Below, in pieces: positions 1 through 11,991 of a stretch of DNA of 64,000 nucleotides. The stretch comes from Candidatus Dojkabacteria bacterium. GTDB taxonomy: Bacteria > Patescibacteriota > Dojkabacteria > SC72 > JAFGCJ01. Where the stretch lies: positions 11,402 to 75,401 of the forward strand of contig JAFGIK010000028.1 of assembly GCA_016929645.1 (NCBI GenBank), given 5' to 3'. How positions within the stretch are numbered: the stretch's first letter is position 1; the number at the start of each line of letters is the position of its first letter. The position numbers were made by a program, and so were the translations under genes. The notes under the pieces were generated by a model. The model was not told where the DNA came from. It saw nothing but the letters and a program-made list of their open reading frames with translations, and made no database searches.

Positions 1-966
1 TGCATCTTTTATTGCTTTCTCACAAGGACCTACCGTCTTTTCAACAAGTTCCATAACAAGCTTTTCTAGCTCAGCTCTTGTCATCTCACGATTCAAATGT
101 TTTGCACCTTTATCATCGGCTGTGATAAATGGAATATTAATTGTTGTTTTCTCTGATGTAGAAAGCTCGATCTTCGCCTTTTCAGCAGCTTCTTTTAAAC
201 GTTGTAATGCAGTTCTGTCATCTCTTAAATCGATTCCTTCTTTTGATTTAAATTCATCAGCAAGGAAATCAATAATAACCTGATCAAAGTCATCTCCACC
301 AAGATGTGTGTCACCATTTGTAGAAAGTACCTCAAAAACGCCATCTCCAATTTCTAAAATCGAGATATCAAACGTACCTCCACCAAGGTCAAACACTGCA
401 ACTTTTTCTTCTTTCTTATTATCCATGCCATAGGCTAAAGCTGCAGCAGTAGGTTCATTAATAATTCTTTTCACATTGAAACCCGCAATTTTACCTGCAT
501 CCTTGGTCGCCTGTCTTTGTGAATCATCAAAATATGCTGGAACTGTAATAACAGCATCTTTTACTTCTTCTCCAAGATAATCTTCAACATCTGTTTTAAT
601 TTTCTGCAAAACCTTAGCAGAGATCTCCTGTGGCGACATCCAATCAGGACCAAATTTGATTTCAATACCGCCCTTTGAAGATTTTTTCATCTCAAATGGT
701 AGAAGCTTAACATCTTTTTGTACTTCTGGATCATCCCACGATCTACCAATAAGTCTTTTAACTGAATAAATAGTGTTTTCGGGATTTGTTACTGCCTGAT
801 TTTTAGCAGGTGAACCTACTATCAATTCTCCATTATCTCCTAAAGCAACAACAGACGGAGTTAACCTACTCCCCTGAGAATTAGCAATCACGGTCGGAGT
901 ACCGCCTTGCATAACTGATGCAACAGAATTTGTTGTACCAAGATCTATACCTACAATTTTACTCAT
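1..966 (-). CDS. dnaK: Chaperone DnaK (Hsp70), N-terminal ~322 aa; the gene runs off the window edge
   Basis: The reverse complement of 964-966 is ATG. Translation [18 protein letters not shown]... carries the Hsp70 IDLGTTNS signature. It follows hrcA-grpE in canonical order and is absent from the ORF track only because no stop lies in the window. Confidence 0.9.
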   Translation of the reverse strand, partial: MSKIVGIDLGTTNSVASVMQGGTPTVIANSQGSRLTPSVVALGDNGELIVGSPAKNQAVTNPENTIYSVKRLIGRSWDDPEVQKDVKLLPFEMKKSSKGGIEIKFGPDWMSPQEISAKVLQKIKTDVEDYLGEEVKDAVITVPAYFDDSQRQATKDAGKIAGFNVKRIINEPTAAALAYGMDNKKEEKVAVFDLGGGTFDISILEIGDGVFEVLSTNGDTHLGGDDFDQVIIDFLADEFKSKEGIDLRDDRTALQRLKEAAEKAKIELSTSEKTTINIPFITADDKGAKHLNREMTRAELEKLVMELVEKTVGPCEKAIKDA

Positions 967-1053
967 TTTTAATTAATAATAATTTTAATTAATATATACT
1001 ATGTCAAAAGCATTTAGACATAGAGGCAGAAAAAGCCTATTTCTTACAAAAAA

Positions 1054-1665
1054 CTATTTCTTAGTTGAATTTGCTTTGCTCACTATAACTCTTGTCGGTC
1101 TAATAATGATATCCCCTATCTTATATCCAGATTGAATAACCCTTGCAATATGTCCATCCTTGCCTTCATTTAATGTCCCAATTGCTTCATGAACGTTTGC
1201 ATCAAATTTATCGCCTTTCTTGCACTCAATAATTTCAGCACCAAGATTTGTAATAACACTTCGAAACTTTTCAAGTATTTGCAAAATTCCATCTCTCCAA
1301 CCCTTTTCATCAGTCACACGATCCACAGCCATATCTATATCGTCGGCAACATTGATAACTTGTCGCACTAAATCAGTACGTAAAAGACTAGTTTCAAAAT
1401 CTAAACGTTTATCCATCTCCCTCTTAAGATTCTGATAATCAGCAAGTGATTTCTTCAACTGTAATTCAAGTTCACCAATTTTTTCTAAATTCTTATCCTG
1501 TCCATGTTCTAATGGATTCATATTGCCAGGTGCTTCAACCGACGAATTTTCAGAAAACTCTTTTCGTTCAAAATCTGAAGCTGAGGAAGTTTCAATATTT
1601 GAAGATTTTGTTGACTCATTGATCTCATTATTATCTTTATTAACCTTGTTACTATTTTTATCCAT
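1054..1665 (-). CDS. grpE: Nucleotide exchange factor GrpE
   Basis: A 203-aa protein with an acidic N-terminus, a long coiled coil and a C-terminal beta domain. It lies between hrcA and dnaK. Confidence 0.8.
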   Translation of the reverse strand: MDKNSNKVNKDNNEINESTKSSNIETSSASDFERKEFSENSSVEAPGNMNPLEHGQDKNLEKIGELELQLKKSLADYQNLKREMDKRLDFETSLLRTDLVRQVINVADDIDMAVDRVTDEKGWRDGILQILEKFRSVITNLGAEIIECKKGDKFDANVHEAIGTLNEGKDGHIARVIQSGYKIGDIIIRPTRVIVSKANSTKK

Positions 1666-1693
1666 AAAAAACTAATCAAAAATAAATTAAAAA

Positions 1694-2416
1694 TTACCAA
1701 CCTCTCACTGACTCTTCAACCATTTTTTTAATATATCTAAGTGCAGGAATCGCATTATCATATCTCATCCTCCTTGGACCGAGAACCCCGATATATGCCT
1801 TTTTGCCACTAATGTAATCCGCTTCTGTAAAAGCTACAGAGCATTTGTCAAGATTTTTTACCTCGAATTCCTCTCCGATTAATATGCACACATCCTCTGA
1901 AATTCTTCGAGAGAAAAGCTCCCTTATTTCCCGAACATTCTCAGTAATATCTATTAATTTCTCAAGGACATCAACCTTCCTAAGTTCAGAAAACTGAGGA
2001 AGCAATGACATACCTTTATACCAAAATTTATCATCAACAAGAGCTATAGACATACAATGTGTACGATTTGTAAGATAAGTTAGTATTTCATCAAACAAAT
2101 CAGCCGCAGAAAATCTTTTCTTGTAAATAAACATCCGAACCTTCACCTGTTCACCATTTGAAACCTCTCTCTCCTTCATCATCTCTTTAACATAATATCT
2201 AAATCCTAAATCCGTCGGTAATCGTCCAGAAGAAGAATGCTCTTTAACTAGGTATCCAAGATTTGTTAGCTCAGCCATCTCATTTCTAACAGTAGCTGGA
2301 CTTACTTTTAAGCTATACTTCTCAACAAGACTTGATGAACCAACAGCCTCTGCACTACTCATAAATTCCTTGATAATTGCACTGAGTATTTTTTCTTGTC
2401 TTTCTGAAATTGTCAT
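1694..2416 (-). CDS. hrcA: Heat-inducible transcription repressor HrcA. The ATG at 2414-2416 is the probable start; the track's TTG start at 2431 is less likely.
   Basis: HrcA-like N-terminal winged helix (MTISERQEKILSAIIKEF...) and its position heading the grpE-dnaK operon. Confidence 0.8.
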   Translation of the reverse strand: MTISERQEKILSAIIKEFMSSAEAVGSSSLVEKYSLKVSPATVRNEMAELTNLGYLVKEHSSSGRLPTDLGFRYYVKEMMKEREVSNGEQVKVRMFIYKKRFSAADLFDEILTYLTNRTHCMSIALVDDKFWYKGMSLLPQFSELRKVDVLEKLIDITENVREIRELFSRRISEDVCILIGEEFEVKNLDKCSVAFTEADYISGKKAYIGVLGPRRMRYDNAIPALRYIKKMVEESVRGW

Positions 2417-2424
2417 CTTTACAT

Positions 2425-2451
2425 TTAGCAATTAAGTTACATGATTGCTAA
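2425..2451 (-). promoter_or_regulatory. CIRCE-like inverted repeat operator (TTAGCAATT-N9-GATTGCTAA)
   Basis: A 9-N9-9 inverted repeat 8 nt upstream of the hrcA ATG. It matches the CIRCE consensus TTAGCACTC-N9-GAGTGCTAA at 7 of 9 positions per half-site, with symmetric ATT/GAT replacing CTC/GAG. Confidence 0.55.
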
Positions 2452-2625
2452 TCCCAAGCATATATGAATTAGTTTCGATTGTCAACAAGATAATGAACAA
2501 TTGAATGATTTAATTACTAAATGTAGCCAAATAATATAACTAATTTAAATTGAAATATAATTGATCTTTTCTTTTAAGTACATTCAATATCTTGTTATTA
2601 TCTCATTTTTTTGCTATAGTTCACG

Positions 2626-3333
2626 TTGTATATGAAAAATATCAAATTCAAAGCTGAAGAAAGAAAACTCAATGAAGCAATTGATACAGATAAATATGTA
2701 TCTGGCGTAGCATACGATCAATCTGGTAACTCAACAAATATCAAATTAAACAGAAAAGATCTTAGAGCTATACTAAAACTCGTTGATAAAAGCACAATTT
2801 CAATGATTGAAATGCCTGACGGCAAGGAATACAAGTGCTTAATCAAAGAAACCCAGATAGACCAGAGATCAACCAAAATCCAGCATCTTTCATTTATGTT
2901 ACTTGACGATAACAAACAAGCCAAACTTCCAATTATGATTAAATTGGAGAACGAATCAGAGGCCGTTAAAAATAATCTCGGAATTCTAATAAAGACAAGA
3001 AATTTTATCCTTATAAAGGCATTTCCAAAAGATGTTCCAGAATCACTTACACTAGATATTTCTAGACTTAAGGATGTTGGAGAAAGCCTACTTGTTGAGG
3101 ATCTCAATTTACCTGAGAATATCAAACTCATTCACGAGAAAGATGCGAAACTAGTAGTAGTTTCAATACGACCACTTCAGAAAGTCGAGGAATTTAAGCC
3201 TGTCGTAACAGCTGAGACTGCTGAAGAAGGCGCTGAAGGAGAAGAAGGAGAAACTCCTGCAGAAGGAGAAGGTACAGAAGGCACTGATGCCGTCGAAACA
3301 TCTGAGGCCACAGCAGAGACTAACGAAAAATAG
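2626..3333 (+). CDS. ctc: Ribosomal protein bL25 / general stress protein Ctc with an acidic C-terminal tail
   Basis: Aligns by eye to B. subtilis Ctc: KAEERK..VSGVAYD.., IQHLSF vs ITHADF, a DISRL segment and an acidic E/G/T-rich tail. Confidence 0.7.
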   Translation: MYMKNIKFKAEERKLNEAIDTDKYVSGVAYDQSGNSTNIKLNRKDLRAILKLVDKSTISMIEMPDGKEYKCLIKETQIDQRSTKIQHLSFMLLDDNKQAKLPIMIKLENESEAVKNNLGILIKTRNFILIKAFPKDVPESLTLDISRLKDVGESLLVEDLNLPENIKLIHEKDAKLVVVSIRPLQKVEEFKPVVTAETAEEGAEGEEGETPAEGEGTEGTDAVETSEATAETNEK

Positions 3334-3390
3334 CAGAAGATTAATATATAATCCTCAATAACCATTAACTGTTTTCATAGCCTCGATTTG

Positions 3391-3705
3391 TTAATATAAA
3401 CGATCAGAACAATTAGTCTGAAAATCTTCTTTATACATACTGGAACCATCAGAATCAAAGATTTCATACGTGACTTCATCAATTTTATATTGATTTCTAC
3501 AGGTCTCAGGAAATAACAGATAATCATGACTATCATTATTGTATGACTTATCAACAATCGTCTTACTAGGAAGTATAGGATTAAAAAGGAAATCCCAAAG
3601 GTTCAAATTAAAGAGGATAACCCAAATAGGGGGAAAAAAAGAAAATAAAATTGCTAAAGAAATTAGTAAAATAACAAGAATATTGCGTTTCTTTTTAACA
3701 ACCAT
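3391..3705 (-). CDS. Hypothetical small membrane protein
   Basis: 104-aa ORF with two hydrophobic helices; no recognisable family. Confidence 0.3.
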   Translation of the reverse strand: MVVKKKRNILVILLISLAILFSFFPPIWVILFNLNLWDFLFNPILPSKTIVDKSYNNDSHDYLLFPETCRNQYKIDEVTYEIFDSDGSSMYKEDFQTNCSDRLY

Positions 3706-3747
3706 TTATCACACAAAAGTGATAGATAAATTAATATCGATATAATT

Positions 3748-4215
3748 TTACCATCTAAAATGAGCAAACGCTTTGTTAGCCTCTGCCATTTTCTCTGTGT
3801 CCTGCTTCTTCTTCACAGCTTCACCTTCGCCCTTATAGGCATCAACAATTGCAGCAGTCAGAAATTCTTTAAAATCTTTGCCTGATTTTGAGCGAGATAT
3901 ACTTATCAAACACTTAAATGCAAGAGCTACTTGTCTTTCCTGTGTTACTGGAACAGGTACCTGATAGGTTGCACCTCCTACACGTCTTGAACGCACTTCA
4001 ACAGAAGGAGCAATATTTTTTATTGCTACTTCGAGTATATCAAGTGGTTTCTCCTTAAGTATTGAAGAAGCACCTTCTAACGCACTGTAAACAGCCTTTT
4101 GTGCAGTTGATTTCTTTCCATCTAACATTGTATAGTTGATGAATTGTGAAACTTTTATACTACTATATATTGGGTCAGGTTGTATTTTTCTTTTTGATGC
4201 ACTCTTTCCTCGCAT
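3748..4215 (-). CDS. rpsG: 30S ribosomal protein S7
   Basis: uS7 signature (MLDGKKSTAQKAVYSALE ... KAFAHFRW) and synteny with rpsL. Confidence 0.92.
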   Translation of the reverse strand: MRGKSASKRKIQPDPIYSSIKVSQFINYTMLDGKKSTAQKAVYSALEGASSILKEKPLDILEVAIKNIAPSVEVRSRRVGGATYQVPVPVTQERQVALAFKCLISISRSKSGKDFKEFLTAAIVDAYKGEGEAVKKKQDTEKMAEANKAFAHFRW

Positions 4216-4236
4216 TTGCTTTAAAATATAAAATTA

Positions 4237-4686
4237 TTATTCGCTAGCTTCATTAGATGAACTGTCAGATCTTCCGGATGTATCACGTTTTGCACCATAT
4301 TTTGAACGGCCTCTCTGTCTTCCACCTACTCCCTCTGTATCATATTTTCCTCGAACTACAATATACCTAACACCTGGCAAATCTCTCTTCCTTCCTGCTT
4401 TTACCATTACAACAGAGTGCTCCTGAAGATTATGTCCCTCACCAGGAATGTATGCTGTCACAACAGCACCATTTGATAACCTTACTCTACAAATTTTACG
4501 AAGAGCAGAGTTTGGTTTCTTTGGTGTCATTGTCTTGACCAATACACATACGCCTCTTTTAAAAGGATTGTTAGCATAAGAGATACGGTTTTTTAACGTA
4601 TTTCTATTTAAGGCAAGAGAAATATGCTTCCTCTTCGCCTTTTTATTTTTTCTTGGTTTTCTTACTAATTGACTAATTGTTGGCAT
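4237..4686 (-). CDS. rpsL: 30S ribosomal protein S12, with an N-proximal insertion and a ~25-aa basic/Ser-rich C-terminal tail
   Basis: uS12 core ([35 protein letters not shown]...RGKYD). At 149 aa it is longer than the usual ~124 aa. Confidence 0.9.
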   Translation of the reverse strand: MPTISQLVRKPRKNKKAKRKHISLALNRNTLKNRISYANNPFKRGVCVLVKTMTPKKPNSALRKICRVRLSNGAVVTAYIPGEGHNLQEHSVVMVKAGRKRDLPGVRYIVVRGKYDTEGVGGRQRGRSKYGAKRDTSGRSDSSSNEASE

Positions 4687-4703
4687 ATATAAATTGATAA
4701 AAA

Positions 4704-7700
4704 TTATTCGGCAATTTCTTCCAACTCAGAAAAATCGGTAATTCTTGCAGATTCGCCTACAGGAATTGGTCGTCCGATAATAACATTTTCTTTGAGACCA
4801 CGCAAATAATCGGTCTTACCAATTATAGCAGCTTCAGTCAAAACTCTCACCTGTTCTTGGAATGACATTGCAGACAGGAAACTCTCGGTCTTTAATGATG
4901 CTGCTGTTATTCCAAGCAAATTATCAATGACAAAAGCAGGTTTCTTACCCATAGATTCTAATTGGATGTTCTTCATCTGAGCAATGAATTTATTAACAAA
5001 AGAACCAATCAAATACGATGAATCTCCAGAATCAATTACTTTAGCCATCTTGCCCATCTGCCTAACAATACATTCAACATGCTTGTCATTCATAGAAATA
5101 CCCTGCTCTGTATAAACACTCTGAACTCCATCAATTACGTATTCCAAAACATTCAGCAAATTAACAGCTTCAAGATATGTTCTTGGATCAATACTTCCAT
5201 CTGTCAACACCTTACCAGCTTTTAATTCATCGCCACTGTTTACAAGGATTTTGTAAGTTGGCATTATAGTGAATTCTTCAAAGGCAGGAACCCGACCACT
5301 AATTTCAAGAACATTTCCAAATATCTTTACTGTACCTGCATAAGGAGCCTGTTGCTCTTTCTTTTCCTTATTTGCAAACAGTACTTCTCCCTCTTTAACC
5401 TTATCCCCAGACTTTACCATTAAATCTTCCACATTATTCAAATAATATCTTCTTGTAACGTCTTTTTCTCCATTTGCTTCAAGTGAGAAACTGCCATCTT
5501 CCTGTTCAATTATCTTTATCTTGCCATCAAATGGCATGACAAATGCAGCTTTCTTTGGATGTCGTGCTTCAAATAACTCAGTAAGTCTCGGAAGACCTCT
5601 CGTAATATCTGTCTGTAAAGCACCTCCTGCATGGAAAGTTCGTAGAACCATCTGAGTAGCAGGTTCACCCATAGCCTGAGCAGCAATGACACCAACAGCT
5701 TTACCTACCCCAATAAGCTTATTATCCCCCATATCATATCCATAACACTTAGCACAAAGACCAAGTGGTGATTGACATGTTAAAGGTGACCTAACTTCAA
5801 CAGACTGAACTCCAGCATCTGCAATTTCTCTTGCAAGATTGAAAGTAATTTCTTCGTTTTCACCAACAATAGGCTTCTTTGTCTTCGGGTCAAGAACTTC
5901 TTTGCTTGTCCATCTCCCTGCAATAAGATCAATAAATGGGACTCTTCTATTTAACATATCGTCATCCCGAACAATAGTATGACCTGTCCCTTTAAACCCA
6001 CAATCATCAGTTCTAACAATTAAATCCTGAGCAACATCAACCAATTTCCTTGTCAAATATCCACTGCTTGCAGTTCTAAGTGCCGTATCAGCTAAACCTT
6101 TTCTCGCTCCACGGCTAGCAGTAAAGAACTCAAATGCAGAAAGGCCTTTTGTATGATTACCTTTGATAGGAAGCTCGACCCAGTTACCTTCTGGATCTCT
6201 CATCATACCTTTCATTGCTACAACAGCGGCAGTCTGGGTTGGATATTTACCAGCTCCAGATTTGACCTGTTGATAAACAGGATTTGTTGTATCAATTTTC
6301 TCCCAGATAGCGTCTGATAATTTGTTAAAGATTTCGTTCCACATATCGATACTAAGTTGCTTCTTTTCATCATAGGTCAAAAGACCCATCATGTAATCTT
6401 CTTGAAGCTTTAGCTCTTTTTGATCACCTTCTGCAAGTACTTCTTCACGGTTAATATCAATCATAAAATCTTCAACCGCTATATCATATCCCATTTCTGT
6501 AGCATACTTGAAACCAAGCTCTTTTAATTTATCGAGAACTTCTATAGCATCTTTTAGTGGATATCTTCTCACAATATCTCGGATCAAATCAGAAAGAGAA
6601 CTTTTGTCGATAACTTTGTTTACAAATGGATAACTTTCAGGCATAGATTCATTGAAAATTATTCTACCTATAGAAGTCTCCTCAATTTTACCCTTAACTG
6701 ACACTCTGATCTTAGTATCAAGTGCTAACTGACCAACATCATAAGCAGCAACAGCTTTATTTTGATTAGAAAATGTCCTTGTTACTTCGGATTTTTCATC
6801 CATTTGAGTTAACAGATAATGACCAATATTCATATCCTTACTAGGAATAGCCCAGATACTACTATCAGCTAAAGCCACTATATTGTTTTGTGCTAACATT
6901 TTGTCTTCTACCTCGGCGACAGCATCTTTTGACAAAGGAATATAAACAGACATAGTATCCCCATCAAAATCAGCATTATAACTTGAACAAACAAGAGGAC
7001 AGATTCTAATGGCATCTCCCTCAACAAGTGTTGCAAAAAATGCCTGAATACCCTGTTTATGAAGAGTCGGAGCTCTATTTAACATAACAGGTCTATCCTT
7101 AATAAGCTCTGCTAGAATGTCCCATACAACTTCTTCTTCATCATCAATAATTTGCTTTGCAACTCTAATATTTGGAGCATACTCTAATTCCAAAAGCTTG
7201 TTTATTACAAAAGGTCTAAACATTTCCAAAACCATAGTTTTGGGAAGACCACATTGGTTAATTGTTAAATTGGTCGAACCAATAATTACCGAACGACCTG
7301 AATAATCGACACGTTTACCAAGAAGATTTCTTCGGAATCTACCTTTCTTACCACGAAGGTTATCTGTAAGTGCCTTGTACGGAAGCCTTCTCATGCTCAA
7401 GATTGGTCTGCTTGGTCTATGACTATTATCAATCAATGCATCGACAGATTCTTGTAACATTCGCTTTTCATTTCGTAGAATAACCTCAGGTGCTCCAATT
7501 TCAATTAATCTCTTAAGTCGATTGTTTCTGTTAATAACTCTTCTGTACAAATCATTAAGATCAGATGTCGCAAATTTACCACCAGGAAGTTGGATAATAG
7601 GTCTTAAATCTGGTGGAATAACAGGAACCACATCGAGAATCATCCATTCTGGCCGAAGATTATTCTTCAAGAAACCATCGACAAGTCGTATTCTACTTAC

Positions 7701-8624
7701 AAGCTTCGATCGCCTTGCAACTGAATCTGTAAGATTAATACTTTTCTGAATAGAGTCTCGAAGCAATTTAAGATCAATTCTGACCAACAACTCTCTTACT
7801 GCTTCAGCACCCATTTTGGCTGTAAAGAAGACATACTCTCGATCCTTCAAAAGGATAAACTCCTCTTCACTCAAAACTTCTCCGATAGCGATTTTTTCAA
7901 CAAGTTTTTTCAGGTCATCATACTCCTTTTCCAACTCCTCTTCTCTGTCAGCAAATTGCTTATGAAGCTTAGCTACTGTTTTTTTATTCTCATGCGTTAA
8001 TGTCTCGATTTGAAATTCAGATTTTGAATCAGATTTTTTCTGTATTTTTTTTATCTGACTTGAAAGTTCTTTCTCTTTCTCCTGCACCTCAACGTCTAAT
8101 TCTGATTGAAGTTCTTTTTTCTTCGTCTCAAGTTCAGAATCAATTGCAGGTAAAATCTCTTTCTTTTGATCTCCATCAACATCTGTAATTAAATACCTAG
8201 TATAATACACCACAGATAAAAGCTTCTTTTGTGAAATATCAAGAATTGTAGCAATCTTATTTGGAACGCTAAACGAATACCATACATGGGTAACAGGAAC
8301 ACAAAGTTTGATATGTCCCATTCGTTCACGTCGAACCTTGTTTGTAGTCACCTCTACACCACATTTGTCACAGATTATTCCTTTATATCGAACTTTTCTA
8401 TATTTTCCACAATAACATTCGTAATTTTTACTTGGACCAAAAATCTTTTCACACATTAATCCATCTGGCTCTGGTTTAAGTGTTCGATAATTGATAGTCT
8501 CTGCTTTTGTGATCTCTCCATGAGACCAAGAAAGAATTTGTTCAGGAGATGCTAATGTTACCTTTATAGCATCAAATGAATCGAACTTATTCTTCTTTTT
8601 CTTCTGGTTGTTGTTCGGCTCCAT
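4704..8624 (-). CDS. rpoC: DNA-directed RNA polymerase subunit beta-prime
   Basis: 1306 aa with the zinc-binding CxxC motifs, NADFDGD catalytic motif, bridge helix and trigger loop. It overlaps the rpoB stop by 38 nt. It carries a K/E-rich coiled-coil insertion (see findings). Confidence 0.95.
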   Translation of the reverse strand: MEPNNNQKKKKNKFDSFDAIKVTLASPEQILSWSHGEITKAETINYRTLKPEPDGLMCEKIFGPSKNYECYCGKYRKVRYKGIICDKCGVEVTTNKVRRERMGHIKLCVPVTHVWYSFSVPNKIATILDISQKKLLSVVYYTRYLITDVDGDQKKEILPAIDSELETKKKELQSELDVEVQEKEKELSSQIKKIQKKSDSKSEFQIETLTHENKKTVAKLHKQFADREEELEKEYDDLKKLVEKIAIGEVLSEEEFILLKDREYVFFTAKMGAEAVRELLVRIDLKLLRDSIQKSINLTDSVARRSKLVSRIRLVDGFLKNNLRPEWMILDVVPVIPPDLRPIIQLPGGKFATSDLNDLYRRVINRNNRLKRLIEIGAPEVILRNEKRMLQESVDALIDNSHRPSRPILSMRRLPYKALTDNLRGKKGRFRRNLLGKRVDYSGRSVIIGSTNLTINQCGLPKTMVLEMFRPFVINKLLELEYAPNIRVAKQIIDDEEEVVWDILAELIKDRPVMLNRAPTLHKQGIQAFFATLVEGDAIRICPLVCSSYNADFDGDTMSVYIPLSKDAVAEVEDKMLAQNNIVALADSSIWAIPSKDMNIGHYLLTQMDEKSEVTRTFSNQNKAVAAYDVGQLALDTKIRVSVKGKIEETSIGRIIFNESMPESYPFVNKVIDKSSLSDLIRDIVRRYPLKDAIEVLDKLKELGFKYATEMGYDIAVEDFMIDINREEVLAEGDQKELKLQEDYMMGLLTYDEKKQLSIDMWNEIFNKLSDAIWEKIDTTNPVYQQVKSGAGKYPTQTAAVVAMKGMMRDPEGNWVELPIKGNHTKGLSAFEFFTASRGARKGLADTALRTASSGYLTRKLVDVAQDLIVRTDDCGFKGTGHTIVRDDDMLNRRVPFIDLIAGRWTSKEVLDPKTKKPIVGENEEITFNLAREIADAGVQSVEVRSPLTCQSPLGLCAKCYGYDMGDNKLIGVGKAVGVIAAQAMGEPATQMVLRTFHAGGALQTDITRGLPRLTELFEARHPKKAAFVMPFDGKIKIIEQEDGSFSLEANGEKDVTRRYYLNNVEDLMVKSGDKVKEGEVLFANKEKKEQQAPYAGTVKIFGNVLEISGRVPAFEEFTIMPTYKILVNSGDELKAGKVLTDGSIDPRTYLEAVNLLNVLEYVIDGVQSVYTEQGISMNDKHVECIVRQMGKMAKVIDSGDSSYLIGSFVNKFIAQMKNIQLESMGKKPAFVIDNLLGITAASLKTESFLSAMSFQEQVRVLTEAAIIGKTDYLRGLKENVIIGRPIPVGESARITDFSELEEIAE

Positions 8625-11600
8625 CTGTATTATCAGCTTTGTTATAAATTAAATCGATATCAAGAGACAAGGCATTTAACTCCCTAATCAAAACTTTAAA
8701 TGATTCAGGAGTAGAAATTGTCTCAATTTTTTCTCCATGAATAATAGCTTTGTACGCGTCTGCCCTACCCTTCACATCATCAGACTTGATAGTTAACATT
8801 TCCTGAAGGACTGTTGGAACACCATGAGCTTCAAGCGCCCAAACTTCCATTTCTCCAAATCTTTGTCCGCCCATCTGGGCCTTACCACCAAGTGGCTGTT
8901 GAGTTACAAGTGTATATGGACCAGTTGATCTTGCATGAATCTTCGTGTCAGCAATATGTTTCAACTTTTGAATATATTTCGGTCCTACTTTTATCTTCTT
9001 CTTGAAAGGATTACCCGTCCTACCATCAAATAATTTCACACGTTCATCAGTATTAACACCTTTTGATTTAGCTTCATCATACAACCAATCAATTCTAAGA
9101 TTTTCAAAGTTTGGTAAACCGATCCTTATACCAAGATCCTTTGCAATCTTTGCTAAACGTACTTCGAGCAACTGACCAACGTTCATACGTTTAATCATAA
9201 TTGGATTGATAATAATATCAACAGGAGTTCCATCTTCCATAAATGGCATATCCTCTACTGGCAAAATTCCCGAAATTGTACCCTTATCTCCATGTCTACC
9301 AGCAAGTTTATCTCCAAAAGAGATCTTCTTCGTATCTGCAACCCATACACTTACTCTTTTAAGAACGCCTGATGGCAATTTATCCCCATTCTCTACATCC
9401 AGTACTTGAGTCTTTATTACTACACCGTGCTGACCATGTGGAACTTTCAAGGAATTATCTCTAACATCATGGGCTTGCTCTCCAAAAATTGCTCGAAGAA
9501 GTCTTTCCTCTGATGTCAATTCCTGTTCTCCTTTTGGAGCAATGACACCAACAAGGATATCCTGAGACCTGACACGTGACCCTTCTCGGACAATTCCTTT
9601 TTCATCAAGGTTTTTAAGTGCTCTTTCGCTTGCATTTGGAATATCATTTGTTAAAACTTCTGGACCAAGTTCAGTTTCCTGAATCTCATGGTCATATTTT
9701 TTAATATGAATAGAAGTTAGCATATCATCTTTTACTACACGTTCAGAAATCAAAAATCCATCTTCATAAACATACCCATCAAGAATCATATATGCACAGG
9801 TAAGATTTGTACCGAGGGCAAGTTCTCCATTTTGAATTCCAGGACCATCAACTATCAAATCACCTTTCTTTAACTTTTGGCCTGAATTAACCACAGGCTT
9901 CTGACTGAAACACGTTTCATGGTTAGTACCCATAAATGTTGTTAATTCATAGGATTTATCAGTTTTCTGTCCTTTATACCTAACAACAACTTTTTCTGCA
10001 TCAACATATGTGATTTCACCATCTTCTTCTGCATAGATTGACCAACCCGTCTGCTTAGCAATCTCATCCTCATAACCAGTACCAACAATTGATGCCTGAG
10101 TTTTAAGCAATGGAACTGCCTGCTTTTGCATATTAGAACCCATCAATCCTCTTGCGGGATCATCATTATGACCACAAGCAATAGCTGCTAAACTGACACT
10201 ACAAATCTGAGATGGAGTAACATCCATAAGTTGAACATCTTGTGCAGGTCTCAAAAAGAAGTGACCCTCTGAACGTACGGAAACAAGTTTATCAAGGATG
10301 TTACCATTTTCATCAAGATTTATAGTAGACATAGTAATAACAAAGGCGTCATCTTCAGAAGGAGCTACATAAATAATCTCTTCACTTCTAAATGAGACAA
10401 CATTTATTTCTTTAATATCTGTTATCCTAGAAACTTTTTCTGCAGTAGCTTCTGTAATCTTTTCAAATGCTTTAACAACGACCTTCTTGGACTTTGGATC
10501 TTTAATATCCTCTAATGGAATTCTATTCAACAATGACTTTTTATTATTTTTTACTTTGTTTAAAACCTTGATGTAAGGAGCTTCAATAAAACCATATTCA
10601 TTAATTCGAGCATATAACGCAAGATTAATAACAACACCAATTGGCTGACCTTCTGGCGTCATAACAGGACAAAATCTTGAATAATGTGAATGATGAACAT
10701 CACGAACTGAAAACGTCGCACGTTCCTTTGTAAGACCACCAGGACCAACTGCCGTAACCTCTCTCTTCTGAGAAAGCTCAGCCATAATATTGTCCTGATC
10801 CATAAACCTACACAGCTGACCAGTACCAAAGAAGCTATTTACAGCTGCAGCAATAGGCTTAGTACTTATTAACATACTTGGGGTAACATTTGTGTCTTCA
10901 CCATGCATACTCATCCTATCTCGAATATTCTTTTCCATCCTAAGTACACCGGAACGTACTTCATCAACAAGAAGTTCACCAACGCTTCTAATTCTTCTGT
11001 TTGCCAAATGATCTAAATCATCCGGAGATCTCTTACGATTATGAAGTAATATAATATTTCGAATTATCTGAACAAGATCTTCATTGTACAATCTGTAATG
11101 TTCAGGTTTCATTTCAAAATCAAGTCCTAATTTCTTATTCAATTGATAACGCCCTACTCTACCCAAATCAAATCGTCTTTTATTGAAAAAGAATCCTTTA
11201 ATGTATTTCTCCGCCGATTCGATAGATACAGACTCATCAGGTCTAATCTTATTATAAATATCAATAACAGCCTGTTCTTTATTATGAGTACTATCTCGCT
11301 CCAATGTAGCTTCGATTAAATCACGATCAAGACCTATTACATCCTTAAATAGCTCGCGAATCTCATCATCAGAAGAGTAACCAAGTGCTCGAAGAAGTGA
11401 CGTTAATAAAATCTTTGGTCGCTTATTAACCAATCTCAAAGTCATAACAAGATGTTTATTTACCTCAAAAACAAACCACGGGCCATTCATAGGCATAAGC
11501 CTTGCAGAGTATAGCTTGTTGGTAACTGTACTTGTCTTACTCTCTTCAAACAATACACCTTCTGCTCTTACAATTTGATGAACTGTAACCTTAGTAACAC

Positions 11601-11991
11601 CATTGATAACAAAATAACCGTTTTTGGTCATAATAGGTACATCAGCTACAAAGATGGATTGTTCCTTAATTTCACCAGTTCTCTCACTTTTCAATCTCAC
11701 CGTAATATGTAACGGTGCATCGTATGAGAGATTTTTATCAATAGATTCACGTACAGTTCTATTTGGTTTCCCAAACTCAAAATCACCAAACTCTAATGTC
11801 CACATTTTTCCAAGAGTATCCTTAACTGGATTTATCTCGTTAAAAAGAGCTCTTACACCTTCAGATTTAAACCAATCAAAAGATCGATGCTGAGCTTCGA
11901 TGAAATTTGGCAGCGGCAATATTCTATCTGAAGTTCCAAGAACAAATCTGCCTGAAGTATTCTTGCGAGGAATAAATTCTCGAGTATCCAT
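8587..11991 (-). CDS. rpoB: DNA-directed RNA polymerase subunit beta
   Basis: 1134 aa with conserved beta-subunit blocks (e.g. GDKLAGRHGNKG-like, fork and clamp regions). It lies upstream of rpoC. Confidence 0.95.
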   Translation of the reverse strand: MDTREFIPRKNTSGRFVLGTSDRILPLPNFIEAQHRSFDWFKSEGVRALFNEINPVKDTLGKMWTLEFGDFEFGKPNRTVRESIDKNLSYDAPLHITVRLKSERTGEIKEQSIFVADVPIMTKNGYFVINGVTKVTVHQIVRAEGVLFEESKTSTVTNKLYSARLMPMNGPWFVFEVNKHLVMTLRLVNKRPKILLTSLLRALGYSSDDEIRELFKDVIGLDRDLIEATLERDSTHNKEQAVIDIYNKIRPDESVSIESAEKYIKGFFFNKRRFDLGRVGRYQLNKKLGLDFEMKPEHYRLYNEDLVQIIRNIILLHNRKRSPDDLDHLANRRIRSVGELLVDEVRSGVLRMEKNIRDRMSMHGEDTNVTPSMLISTKPIAAAVNSFFGTGQLCRFMDQDNIMAELSQKREVTAVGPGGLTKERATFSVRDVHHSHYSRFCPVMTPEGQPIGVVINLALYARINEYGFIEAPYIKVLNKVKNNKKSLLNRIPLEDIKDPKSKKVVVKAFEKITEATAEKVSRITDIKEINVVSFRSEEIIYVAPSEDDAFVITMSTINLDENGNILDKLVSVRSEGHFFLRPAQDVQLMDVTPSQICSVSLAAIACGHNDDPARGLMGSNMQKQAVPLLKTQASIVGTGYEDEIAKQTGWSIYAEEDGEITYVDAEKVVVRYKGQKTDKSYELTTFMGTNHETCFSQKPVVNSGQKLKKGDLIVDGPGIQNGELALGTNLTCAYMILDGYVYEDGFLISERVVKDDMLTSIHIKKYDHEIQETELGPEVLTNDIPNASERALKNLDEKGIVREGSRVRSQDILVGVIAPKGEQELTSEERLLRAIFGEQAHDVRDNSLKVPHGQHGVVIKTQVLDVENGDKLPSGVLKRVSVWVADTKKISFGDKLAGRHGDKGTISGILPVEDMPFMEDGTPVDIIINPIMIKRMNVGQLLEVRLAKIAKDLGIRIGLPNFENLRIDWLYDEAKSKGVNTDERVKLFDGRTGNPFKKKIKVGPKYIQKLKHIADTKIHARSTGPYTLVTQQPLGGKAQMGGQRFGEMEVWALEAHGVPTVLQEMLTIKSDDVKGRADAYKAIIHGEKIETISTPESFKVLIRELNALSLDIDLIYNKADNTDGAEQQPEEKEE

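Noticed and set aside
7117-11893. Short plus-strand ORFs inside rpoC/rpoB (7117-7305, 7522-7749, 8000-8188, 8814-9005, 9206-9409, 11624-11893) and similar antisense ORFs inside other long genes
   Set aside because: They are embedded antisense in strongly conserved genes and have low-complexity S/L/I-rich translations, so they are typical spurious ORFs.
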